The position numbers were made by a program, and so were the translations under genes. Below are positions 39,375-48,453 of a DNA stretch of 64,000 bases, in pieces. This stretch comes from Patescibacteria group bacterium (GTDB taxonomy: Bacteria > Patescibacteriota > UBA1384 > JBAYJO01): NCBI GenBank assembly GCA_041665085.1, contig JBAYJO010000001.1, forward strand, positions 40,671-104,670. The letters run 5' to 3'. Within the stretch, counting starts at the first letter, position 1, and the number at the start of each line of letters is the position of its first letter. The notes beneath the pieces were generated by a model, which was not told the origin of the DNA, ran no database searches, and was given only the letters and a program-made list of their open reading frames with translations.

Positions 39375-39782
39375 AGTTTGTAAAGTCTAAAAATGAAAAT
39401 AAATAGATTTGAGGAAATTATTGCTTGGCAGAAAGCCAGAGAGTTAGTTTTAGATTGTTATGAAACTTTTAATAGTTGTCGAGATTTTAGTTTTTGCGAT
39501 CAACTTAAAAGAGCAGTTGTATCGATAATGAACAATATTGCTGAAGGATTTGAAAGAAAAAGTAATAAAGAATTTAAACAGTTTTTATTTATTTCTAAAG
39601 GTTCATGTGGAGAAGTAAGATCAATGTTAGATTTAGCCATTTCTTTAAACTATATTACTGAAGAAAAATTTGATAAATTGTCTGAACAATCTACTGAAAT
39701 ATCAAAAATTTTATCAGGATTCATAAAAACTCTGTAATTTTTCAAGTTTTCTTACTTTATAAACTTTTAACTTTAAGAACTT
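39349..39782. mobile_element. Candidate element: four-helix-bundle gene inside 29-bp inverted repeats
   Basis: 39349..39377 and 39754..39782 are reverse complements with 1 mismatch. Confidence 0.55.
39393..39737 (+). CDS. Four helix bundle protein (23S rRNA IVP-like family)
   Basis: FEEIIAWQKA, DQLKRAVVSIMNNIAEGFER, FLFISKGSCGEVRS. Confidence 0.92.
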   Translation: MKINRFEEIIAWQKARELVLDCYETFNSCRDFSFCDQLKRAVVSIMNNIAEGFERKSNKEFKQFLFISKGSCGEVRSMLDLAISLNYITEEKFDKLSEQSTEISKILSGFIKTL

Positions 39783-40525
39783 TATGGACTTATTGCAGCG
39801 AAGGGATTATCACGGCCGTCAGAGCCCACTGATGATGGTGTGACGAATTTTTTATATTCAATTAGACTTTGTATAGCTTTTAGCTTATCGATATCAAATT
39901 TAGCGTTTTCAGCGTCACTACTTAAATAATAAACCGTTCCATTTAGAGCAACTGAAACTTTGCCGTCTGAAGGCGAAAGGCTAAGTGATGGCAGGCTGTT
40001 AAATCTTTTGCTTGATTCGAGTTTACAGAGAAAGTCTAAAAAATCTGTGTAAGAACCGCTGACAGTTGCTTGATAACCAACAGCAGTTGCATTGATTGTT
40101 GATGCGTCAGCTGCTTTAGCGGTTGGTATTAATTGATTGTTTTTTGTTACCGGTTCTTCGGTTTTTGTGGCAGGTGCAGGCTCTGATTTTATTTCTGCAT
40201 CAAAGGAGATTGTAGGAATTGCTAGATTGGAGCTTTTTGCCAAGTAATCAAGCTCAAGCATAAATGAACTGTTATCTGATTCATCGGGCATTAGATTATC
40301 TGCTAAAACTCCCAATTTTAATACTTCGTCTTTGTTTTCAATCAGTTTGTTTATTTCATCATATTTTGTTTGCGTTATCTCCAATTCGGAAGATGTGCTG
40401 TCAGATTTATTTTGCCTGTTTGTTAAATTGCTGATTTGAGGAACAATGAAAATAATAATAATTGCTAGCTCAATTAAACTTGAAATAACAAGAATTAATA
40501 TTAATAGTTTATTTTTTATTTTCAT
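39782..40525 (-). CDS. pilO: Type IV pilus assembly protein PilO-like
   Basis: N-terminal TM, coiled coil, GSY..FL..LE...RF, GRDNPF tail; operon position. Confidence 0.75.
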   Translation of the reverse strand: MKIKNKLLILILVISSLIELAIIIIFIVPQISNLTNRQNKSDSTSSELEITQTKYDEINKLIENKDEVLKLGVLADNLMPDESDNSSFMLELDYLAKSSNLAIPTISFDAEIKSEPAPATKTEEPVTKNNQLIPTAKAADASTINATAVGYQATVSGSYTDFLDFLCKLESSKRFNSLPSLSLSPSDGKVSVALNGTVYYLSSDAENAKFDIDKLKAIQSLIEYKKFVTPSSVGSDGRDNPFAAISP

Positions 40526-41078
40526 TTGCCTCTTTTTTTGTTTGATCTTCCCATAAAAATGTCATATTAAATGAAACAGTTGTTAGAGTTTCTGTTTGCG
40601 TTTCAGTAGTTGAACTATATGATGCTTTTTCGAAATAAGGAGAATCGTCGATTCTTTTTTTAAAGTTTTCTACATCCGGTCTGGTTTTTGTGGTTGCTGT
40701 AATAGTAAAAACAAGAGGAGTCCCTGTGATGCTTAAACTATTTATTTGAACATTTTGTGGAACTGTTTTTGAAAATTCTGATATTACTTGAGACCAGAGG
40801 ATGCGAGAACTTTTTAATTCGGTCAGTGAATCACTTTTATTAAAAATTTTACTTAAATCATTTTTTATCTTTTGTTGATTTTCAATTTTAACATTTAATT
40901 GTTCGATTTCTTTAGTGTTATTTATATCTCTCATTTCGTAAACTTCGTTAATATTTTTAAGGATAAACCAAGCAATAAAACTGATTAAAAAAACCGAAAG
41001 AGAAATTATAACAATAGCAAAATTTTGTTGTTTATGTTTTATTTTTAATTTTTCCGGTTCAGGCAGTAAATTTATCAT
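40509..41078 (-). CDS. pilN: Type IV pilus assembly protein PilN-like
   Basis: MINLLP N-terminus, TM, WS.VI..F...VP..V. Confidence 0.85.
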   Translation of the reverse strand: MINLLPEPEKLKIKHKQQNFAIVIISLSVFLISFIAWFILKNINEVYEMRDINNTKEIEQLNVKIENQQKIKNDLSKIFNKSDSLTELKSSRILWSQVISEFSKTVPQNVQINSLSITGTPLVFTITATTKTRPDVENFKKRIDDSPYFEKASYSSTTETQTETLTTVSFNMTFLWEDQTKKEANENKK

Positions 41079-41079
41079 T

Positions 41080-42123
41080 TTACTTTATGTTAATTTTTCT
41101 TAAGCTCAAACCAATTGCAACACTGTATTTTAATAAGCTGGGTGACAGGATCTCTTTTGGGCATGAAGTTATATTAAGAAGAGGGTTTGAAATAATTGTT
41201 GGAATTTTTGTCATTTCTTGAAAATAATTCGCAACATTAGTAATTTGTGATCCGCCGCCGCAAAGCCTAATTTCTTTTACTACGCCAGAGGATTCAACTC
41301 TACTTTGATAATATTTAACCAATTTTATAACCTCATCAACTATTGGTTTTAAACCGTTTGTAATAATATTATTTACATCTTTTGTTTGACCTTCTTGAAC
41401 TAAGTTGTTTGCAGAAGCTGTAGTATTTTTTTCAGTTGCTTTAATAGCATCGATAATATTTTGAGCGCCGATTGTCAGAGTGCTTGTGGCTTTTACATTT
41501 CCTCTATGGGTGATACTAATACCTGTTGCGTCAGATCCGATATCAACTATAGCAATTGGATTTTCTTCACTGGCATTGGTTATTGAACGAGCTAAAGAAA
41601 TTGGTTTTATTTCAATAAATTGAAGTTTTAATCCAGCAGCTGCAAAAACAAGTGCCAGATCATTTACTAGCGCTTTTGGGGCTGCGATAATTAATATATC
41701 CATCTCTTTTTCAATGTGGTTTTGGCTAATTATTTGCCAGTCTAAAACTACTTGATCGATGGGAATTGGAAGAAAATCTTCAGCTTGCCTAGGAATTGAT
41801 TTTTCTAGATTTTTAATATCGGTGATTAATGGTTGAGTTATCAGTTTAGTAAAAACCAAAGAAGAGGGAAGCGAAGTGCCTGTAATAATTGATGAGATCG
41901 GATGTGGTTTTGCGGTTTGCAGAGCCTGCCTGATATTTGTAATCAATGTGTTTTTATCGGATATGCCTTCTTTAGACATGGGTACATTTTTAACTGGAAT
42001 CTCGTTTATTGAAAGTAATTGAGCTTTTTTCCCTTTTCTTAATACAAAAGCGATCTTGATCGATGAATGACCAATATCAATACCAATAACGGGTTTGTTA
42101 TTATTGAAAAAGTTCTCGAACAA
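41080..42123 (-). CDS. pilM: Type IV pilus assembly protein PilM
   Basis: IGIDIGHSSIK, VDIGSDAT, LCGGGS, AIGLSLR. Confidence 0.92.
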   Translation of the reverse strand: MFENFFNNNKPVIGIDIGHSSIKIAFVLRKGKKAQLLSINEIPVKNVPMSKEGISDKNTLITNIRQALQTAKPHPISSIITGTSLPSSLVFTKLITQPLITDIKNLEKSIPRQAEDFLPIPIDQVVLDWQIISQNHIEKEMDILIIAAPKALVNDLALVFAAAGLKLQFIEIKPISLARSITNASEENPIAIVDIGSDATGISITHRGNVKATSTLTIGAQNIIDAIKATEKNTTASANNLVQEGQTKDVNNIITNGLKPIVDEVIKLVKYYQSRVESSGVVKEIRLCGGGSQITNVANYFQEMTKIPTIISNPLLNITSCPKEILSPSLLKYSVAIGLSLRKINIK

Positions 42124-42136
42124 AACCCCTCCTTGC

Positions 42137-42328
42137 TAAGTTAAAAGTTGAAAGTCTGTAAAGTTCATAAAGTTCAATGAATAGAAAATCTTTAAGACTA
42201 GAAATCAAAGTTTTTAACTTCAAACTTAATCCAATTCTATTCTACTATGATTTGTCAAAAAAAAGAATAAATTCATATTCTGACCATCTTAACTTTATAA
42301 ACTTTTAACTTTATGAACTTTATGAACT
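42137..42328. repeat. AAAGTT-family inverted arms bracketing the pilM upstream region
   Basis: Left AAGTTAAAAGTTGAAAGTCTGTAAAGTTCATAAAGTTC, right ACTTTATAAACTTTTAACTTTATGAACTTTATGAAC. Confidence 0.7.
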
Positions 42329-42330
42329 AA

Positions 42331-43536
42331 TTAGTATTCTTCTTCCCAATGGTTGAGAATTATTACAGGTGTGTCATTGGTTGAAGGAGATAGCGCTTCG
42401 TTAATTAAATTAGCATCGAAATAAATATCAAGTTGTCTATAATTTAAATAAAAATCTCGGGAAAGAATTCCGCCGGTTATGGTCATAGGAAATCCTGTTG
42501 AAATATCGACTCTGCTACCAGCATAAACAAGACCGGTGATGTTTGCGCTTCCAAATCGATCAATAGTAATCTTGGACATTGAGGCTATTCCGGAAGGTTT
42601 GCCGTCAACATGATTGATATTTACTGTTCCGAGTATTGTCGGTGTGCCAATATTAATATTTCCTTCGGCAATAAGCATACCGTTGATGGTTAATGTTTTG
42701 GCTAAATCAACATCGATTCCTCCTGTTACATAAACCACACCGCTTAAAGTCTGGTTGCCACTTTTGAGAAGATTTTTAAATGCTTGTTGGGTATAAAGTT
42801 GGTTTTGTGATTGAGCAAGATTTTTATATGAGTTTACATCAACTGAATTAAAATCGAGTGTTGGCATTGCATTTGAAGCCATGCCTGTTTCGCGAACTCC
42901 ACCATAAGAAAGGCTGCTTAATGGTCCAATATCAATATTTCTGACTGCTTTTATGTCTTTATCAATATTTACATCAGAAAGAAATTTAATGCTAATATCT
43001 CGATTGCTAATGATTGATGAATTGTGAATGTTTAGAATTGATCCCCAAATGTTGATATCTTGTTCAGAGCTGGCTTGACCGCCACCGGTATAAATTGCCC
43101 CGTCTTTGTTATAAGGTGGTGGATCAATGGCTTTAGCGACTTGGATTTTTATTTTTCTATTTGAAGTTTTATTTGGTCCGAACTCAAAAGTTCCATTTGA
43201 TGTAATGGTTGCTACACCTTTGGCACTGTTTTGAATTACAACGCTATATGAGCCATTTGCAGTTAAATTAGTATTTCGAGTGAAGGTGGTTTGACCGTCA
43301 GTTGAATTTAAAAAAGTTGCTTTTGCAGTCTCGTCATTTTTAATCATCCAAATGGCTTCATTTGCACCGGCTTCTGCTAAATAAAAACATTTTGTAGCTG
43401 ATGAAGTATTTTTGGATAGTTTAAATTCTTGATTTATGGTGTTTACCAAATAAAAACCAATCAGACTTAAGGCCGCTGTAAATAATATGACTAAAGGCAA
43501 GACAAATGATTTGTTGACAGACCAATTCTTTTTCAT
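42331..43536 (-). CDS. PilX-like minor pilin
   Basis: SFVLPLVIL, FYLAEAGANEA, C-terminal WEE. Confidence 0.8.
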   Translation of the reverse strand: MKKNWSVNKSFVLPLVILFTAALSLIGFYLVNTINQEFKLSKNTSSATKCFYLAEAGANEAIWMIKNDETAKATFLNSTDGQTTFTRNTNLTANGSYSVVIQNSAKGVATITSNGTFEFGPNKTSNRKIKIQVAKAIDPPPYNKDGAIYTGGGQASSEQDINIWGSILNIHNSSIISNRDISIKFLSDVNIDKDIKAVRNIDIGPLSSLSYGGVRETGMASNAMPTLDFNSVDVNSYKNLAQSQNQLYTQQAFKNLLKSGNQTLSGVVYVTGGIDVDLAKTLTINGMLIAEGNINIGTPTILGTVNINHVDGKPSGIASMSKITIDRFGSANITGLVYAGSRVDISTGFPMTITGGILSRDFYLNYRQLDIYFDANLINEALSPSTNDTPVIILNHWEEEY

Positions 43537-44087
43537 AAAATATTTCTGCTCATTACTGTTGTTTCATAATCTTCTTGATAATTTCCTTTTGAAACCAGAA
43601 GAGATATGTTGATAGCGTCGCTGCCCCAGAAATCAAGTGATTTGATATTTAATGCAACGATTTCACTCGAATCTGTTGTTTCGCTTGGACTATTTCCGCT
43701 GCCATCTTTTGTGTCGCTGAAAACCCAAGTTAATGGGTCAGAGATAAAACTATAATGAGAATATTTTTTAATTAAGTTTTCTTGATCAAGACTGTAGGTA
43801 ATGTATTGAATTTTATTTATAGTGTGTCCATCTTGAAATTTTATTTCATTTGCAGGAGTGTCTTTTGTTTCCGGGATATTATTGATTATTTTTACTGATT
43901 GTCTAATGTCTCGACTCATTCTTTCGATTGCGATTCTTGCATTTTGACGAACTTCAAATCTGGCATTTGTTTTAGACCAAGCGATGCTTGCTAAATCGAA
44001 AAGTTCATAAGCTGACACCAGTATAACCATACCAATTGTTATGGCTGCCAAAATTTCGATTAAGCTAAAACCTTTTTGTTTTTTCAT
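43533..44087 (-). CDS. Prepilin-type minor pilin (PilW-like)
   Basis: KGFSLIEILAA, ERMSRDIRQS. Confidence 0.88.
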   Translation of the reverse strand: MKKQKGFSLIEILAAITIGMVILVSAYELFDLASIAWSKTNARFEVRQNARIAIERMSRDIRQSVKIINNIPETKDTPANEIKFQDGHTINKIQYITYSLDQENLIKKYSHYSFISDPLTWVFSDTKDGSGNSPSETTDSSEIVALNIKSLDFWGSDAINISLLVSKGNYQEDYETTVMSRNIL

Positions 44088-44500
44088 TTTCTTGCCACAG
44101 TTGTAAATAATTCATAATTTTTATTCTGACTACCTTGTTGCCATGAGATTATAACTTTAACGCTTTTAAGGCCTGTGTCTGTTGGTGTGGAGATAAAGTC
44201 TGTATTAATATTTTGAATAATGGTTTGAGATTTAAATTTATAATAAGGGCTAGTAGTGTCTGCTTCGTAATCTACTATTCCGGTATCGCCGGGCGTGATT
44301 GTGTCGTAGTTTTGATTTATTTTATTGTCCATAACTGATTGAGCAAGTCCAATGGCAACAGTTGTATTTTCAGTTTGAGCAGATATTTTTGTGCTAAGTG
44401 GAATCAAAGCAAAAGCCGAAAGAATTCCAAAAGTGAAGATTCCAATTGCAAGCAAGACTTCGATTAATGAGAATGACTTTAGGACAGATCCTTGTTTCAT
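44084..44500 (-). CDS. Prepilin-type minor pilin (PilV-like)
   Basis: SFSLIEVLLAI. Confidence 0.85.
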   Translation of the reverse strand: MKQGSVLKSFSLIEVLLAIGIFTFGILSAFALIPLSTKISAQTENTTVAIGLAQSVMDNKINQNYDTITPGDTGIVDYEADTTSPYYKFKSQTIIQNINTDFISTPTDTGLKSVKVIISWQQGSQNKNYELFTTVARK

Positions 44501-44943
44501 TGTTGCCTAATTGTTCCTATAGGGTTAATAACTATTGTTTTTGTGATTCCTGTTGGGCTATTTAAAGTTATATTGCCAGAATGAATTGGAGTTGAATCAG
44601 ATTTGAAAACAAATTGATTGTTGATGACATTTATCTCTACTTTTAGATTTGTTTCGATATCTTGAGTCCGAATAATTGTTTCAGTGCTATCATCATTTAT
44701 TTTAATAAGTGAATAAGAGGTTGGATTTGATGCTTGGTTAAAACGAATACAGTGGAGTAGTTGAGAAGTGGTTGCATCAGATTGAGCGTTTCTTAAGTCG
44801 CCGATTAGGTTATTGGAGGTCCCTCTGATGTCAAGTTGTGATTTGATATTGGAATAAGATGGAACTGAAATAACAGTAACTATTGAAATAATGGCAACCA
44901 CGGTAATGATTTCAAGCAATGAAAAAGCCTTAGTCGGTTTCAC
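44497..44943 (-). CDS. Prepilin-type minor pilin (FimT/GspH-like)
   Basis: AFSLLEIITVV, DLRNAQS. Confidence 0.85.
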   Translation of the reverse strand: MKPTKAFSLLEIITVVAIISIVTVISVPSYSNIKSQLDIRGTSNNLIGDLRNAQSDATTSQLLHCIRFNQASNPTSYSLIKINDDSTETIIRTQDIETNLKVEINVINNQFVFKSDSTPIHSGNITLNSPTGITKTIVINPIGTIRQQ

Positions 44944-46142
44944 ATTGCTCCTACTAAACCATATATTGGCATTAAAACTGAAATTATAACAAAGCCAACT
45001 CCAATGCCTAAAACAATCATAATTACAGGTTCAATTATTGAAGATAAATTTGAAGTAACTATGTCAACTTCGCTTTCATAATAGTCAGATAAAGTTTCAA
45101 GAACATAGTCTGTTTTACCTGATTTTTCACCGACTTTAAGAAGCGAAGGAACGAGATGAGGAAAAAGTTTGTTTTCCTCAAATATTGCTGAAAGAGGCCG
45201 ACCGGCTTTAATTTCTTCGCAGGTTTTATCTAATTTTGTTGCATATATCGAATTATCAATTACCTGACCAACAGTTGTAAAAATTTGATTAATTGGAACT
45301 CCTGATGAAATTAAAGTATATGCGCTTCTAGCAAATCTAGCAGCATAAATTTTTTGAAAAATTCCGCCAAGAATTGGAGCTTTAATTTTAAATAAGTCAA
45401 AATAATGACGGCCCGAGTTTGTTTTAATAAATTTCATAAATCCAATTGACAGGGCGATAACTGCAACCAAGAGAATATACCAATATTTTACTAAAAATCT
45501 GCTTGTTCCAAGCAATATTCTAGTAATCATCGGTAGTTTTACCCCAGTATCATTAAAAACTTTCTCAAGTTGGGGCATTACGAAAATCATTATTAATGTT
45601 GCAACAACAAGTAAAGTAACAAAAATTAAGGCCGGATATGTCATAGCGCTTTTTACTTTAGCTGTTAGCTTATAGTTTTTATCAAGTTGTTCTGACAGGT
45701 TGAGCAAGACTATGTCAAGTTTTCCCGATTCTTCACCTGATTTTATTATACTGGTGTAAAGGGGCGGAAAAACATCCGGATGCTTGGCTAAGCTTTTGGA
45801 AAAACTTTGTCCTCCTTTAATATCGTTTGCAATTTCACCAATAATTTTTTTAAATTTAGGTTTTTCAAACTCATCGGCAATTGAACTTAGTGCATCAACA
45901 ACGGAAAGTCCGGATTTAATCATTATTGCTAGCTCTTTTGTGAAAATGATTTTATCTCGCATGCTGACTTTGTTGAAAAAAGGTAAATTAAGTCCATTTT
46001 TAGTTTCTTTTTTCTCGGTAATATCTGCAACCACAAGTTTTTTTTCTTTTAAAATCACTGCAGCGCTTTTTTCATCTGTTGCATCAATAATACCTTTTTT
46101 GATTTCGCCTAATTTATCGTAAGCAATATATTTAAAGATCAT
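44940..46142 (-). CDS. pilC: Type IV pilus platform protein PilC/GspF
   Basis: GEESGKLD, SAMTYP, GEKSG, IIEP. Confidence 0.93.
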   Translation of the reverse strand: MIFKYIAYDKLGEIKKGIIDATDEKSAAVILKEKKLVVADITEKKETKNGLNLPFFNKVSMRDKIIFTKELAIMIKSGLSVVDALSSIADEFEKPKFKKIIGEIANDIKGGQSFSKSLAKHPDVFPPLYTSIIKSGEESGKLDIVLLNLSEQLDKNYKLTAKVKSAMTYPALIFVTLLVVATLIMIFVMPQLEKVFNDTGVKLPMITRILLGTSRFLVKYWYILLVAVIALSIGFMKFIKTNSGRHYFDLFKIKAPILGGIFQKIYAARFARSAYTLISSGVPINQIFTTVGQVIDNSIYATKLDKTCEEIKAGRPLSAIFEENKLFPHLVPSLLKVGEKSGKTDYVLETLSDYYESEVDIVTSNLSSIIEPVIMIVLGIGVGFVIISVLMPIYGLVGAM

Positions 46143-46148
46143 ATTGTG

Positions 46149-46183
46149 AAATTCCTAATTTCTAATTCCTAATTTCTAATTAA
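46149..46183. repeat. CTAATT[T/C] heptamer tract (single arm)
   Basis: AATTCCTAATTTCTAATTCCTAATTTCTAATT. Confidence 0.65.
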
Positions 46184-46197
46184 CTTTAAATTTCGGA

Positions 46198-48018
46198 TTA
46201 ATCCTTTGTTACTCGCCAGACTTCTTCAAGAGTTGTATCGCCACTTATGACTTTTGTTATTCCATCAAGAAATAGTGTTGACATTCCTTGTTTTATTGCC
46301 AATTCTTTGATTTTATCAATTGACACATCTCGCGTGATAATTGATTTAATTTCCGGTGATAATGGAAGCACTTCAAATACTCCAATTCGACCGTGATAAC
46401 CGGTTGAATTACAGGATGGGCATCCAGCTCCTTTGTAAAGTTTTGTTGGCATCTCGATATTATAAATTGAACCAAGTTGAGCTTTGATTTCATCGATTTG
46501 TTGCAGTGTTATGGCTATTTCTTGTTTGCATGATTTACAGATCTGCCGACAAAGTCGTTGAGCAATAATTACATTTATTGACGAGTTGATCAGAAAAGGC
46601 TCGATGCCCATATCAATAAGTCTTGGAATAGCTCCGCTGGCATCGTTTGTGTGAAGAGTTGATAATACAATGTGTCCGGTAAGAGCTGATTGAACTGCCA
46701 TTTCCGCTGTTTCCTTGTCGCGAATTTCCCCAAGCATGATGACATTTGGGTCTTGCCTTAAAATAGTTCGGAGTCCGCTGGCAAAAGTATAGCCGATTTC
46801 TGAATTTACTTGGCTTTGATTGATTCCATTCATTCGATATTCTACTGGATCTTCAAGAGTAACAATGTTTATATCGTCGCTTTTTATCTGATCAATAATT
46901 GCATAGAGCGTGGTTGTTTTACCTGAACCGGTTGGACCGGTAATTAAAACCATACCATGCGGTTTTTTGATATCCGAATCTAAAATTTCATAACCCCTGT
47001 CGCGCAAGCCCAAATCTTTAAGAGTTAATACTCCGCTTGTTTTGTCTAAAATTCTCATTACGATTTTCTCGCCATTCACAGTTGGCAAGGTAGAAACGCG
47101 AAAATCTATTTCTTTTTCATCAAGAATTGTTTGGAATCTGCCGTCTTGAGGCATTCTTTGTTCGTCGATTTTCATATTGCAAAGAATTTTAATACGAGAA
47201 ATAACGGCCGGTTGAATTTCTTTTGGCAAGGTTAAAACTTTACGTAGGATTCCGTCTAGTCGATATCTTACTTCAAGGTTTTCTTCGTTTGGTTCAATAT
47301 GAATATCTGATGTTTGTTCGCGAACCGCTTGTTTTATGATTGAGCTGACAATTTTTGATGCAGGTGCTGATTCGCTTAATTCTTCATTTAGTGGTTTTTT
47401 GATATGCTCTTTTTTTGGTTCTTCGACTTTGACAATTTCTTCAAGTTCTTCTTTATCGCCGGAGTATTGGTTTAAAACATGGTTTAGATCATTTTTTGTG
47501 CAAATATTTGGAATAATTTCATATCCGGTTGATTTTCTGAAAAGTTCAAGTGTTTCGGCATCTTCCGGATCAATCATAGCAACAGTTAGTATTTTGTTTT
47601 CAAGTTTAATCGGAACGGCTTGATATTTTTGAGCAATTTTTTCCGGAATTATTTTTAGAATTTCAGGTGGAATTATGGCATTAGTCAGGTCGATATATGG
47701 TATTGTGTTTGACGGGCCGGAGAAAGATGGTTTTTGGGTAATTTCGGGAGTGGAATTGATCGAATTTTCGATTATTTGTGGTTTTTCATTTTGTTTAATA
47801 TTTGAAAATGAAACAATTTTACCATCCAGAGTAATTTGTTGATTGCCTTGTCTGTCCGGCATTAATTTTAAGATACCTAAATTGCCAAGATCAATTTGAC
47901 CTGATTTATTTAGAATTGCTCGAATCGATTTTACTAAAAAATCCACATCAATCATGGCTTGATTGGGAGTAATACCAGTTTTTTGAGCCAAGAGATTTAT
48001 AAAATCGCGATAAAGCAC
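46198..48018 (-). CDS. pilB: Type IV pilus extension ATPase PilB/GspE with N-terminal HU-like domain
   Basis: GPTGSGKTT, LEDPVEY, LRQDPN, tetracysteine motif; N-terminus resembles HU. Confidence 0.92.
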   Translation of the reverse strand: MLYRDFINLLAQKTGITPNQAMIDVDFLVKSIRAILNKSGQIDLGNLGILKLMPDRQGNQQITLDGKIVSFSNIKQNEKPQIIENSINSTPEITQKPSFSGPSNTIPYIDLTNAIIPPEILKIIPEKIAQKYQAVPIKLENKILTVAMIDPEDAETLELFRKSTGYEIIPNICTKNDLNHVLNQYSGDKEELEEIVKVEEPKKEHIKKPLNEELSESAPASKIVSSIIKQAVREQTSDIHIEPNEENLEVRYRLDGILRKVLTLPKEIQPAVISRIKILCNMKIDEQRMPQDGRFQTILDEKEIDFRVSTLPTVNGEKIVMRILDKTSGVLTLKDLGLRDRGYEILDSDIKKPHGMVLITGPTGSGKTTTLYAIIDQIKSDDINIVTLEDPVEYRMNGINQSQVNSEIGYTFASGLRTILRQDPNVIMLGEIRDKETAEMAVQSALTGHIVLSTLHTNDASGAIPRLIDMGIEPFLINSSINVIIAQRLCRQICKSCKQEIAITLQQIDEIKAQLGSIYNIEMPTKLYKGAGCPSCNSTGYHGRIGVFEVLPLSPEIKSIITRDVSIDKIKELAIKQGMSTLFLDGITKVISGDTTLEEVWRVTKD

Positions 48019-48312
48019 AGCCCTCCTTGCTAAGTTAAAAGTTGAAAGTCTGTAAAGTCCATAAAGTTCAATAAGCAGAATATCAGAAGATTTTATAAGT
48101 TAAAAGTTGAAAGTCAGTAAAGTCTTGAATATGTTCGGTGTTATTAAAAATTACTTAGCACCGGCGGACCTATATGCGTAATTTTCAACAACACCTCATA
48201 TTTAGAGATTATAAAGTTAAAAATTGGAATTTTTAACTTAAAATTTCTTCTGACTTTATTTTACTATGATTTGTCAAAAAAAAGAATGACGACTAAACTA
48301 AGAAAGTAAATA

Positions 48313-48447
48313 TCTAATTTCTAATTTCTAATTTTTAATTAATTCTCCAATGATCAAATTATTAGAATGTTTTTAAAGAAAGTTAGAAATTTATATTCTT
48401 ATTTATTCAATTTATTTTAGAAATTAGTTATTAGTAATTAGAAAATT
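48313..48447. repeat. CTAATTT heptamer foldback element
   Basis: Same arms as 20862..20981. Confidence 0.75.
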
Positions 48448-48453
48448 ATATTT

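Noticed and set aside
36374-39737. Diversity-generating retroelement (Avd-like gene next to paralog pair)
   Set aside because: No reverse transcriptase in the window, and the paralogs differ throughout rather than by adenine-specific TR/VR changes.
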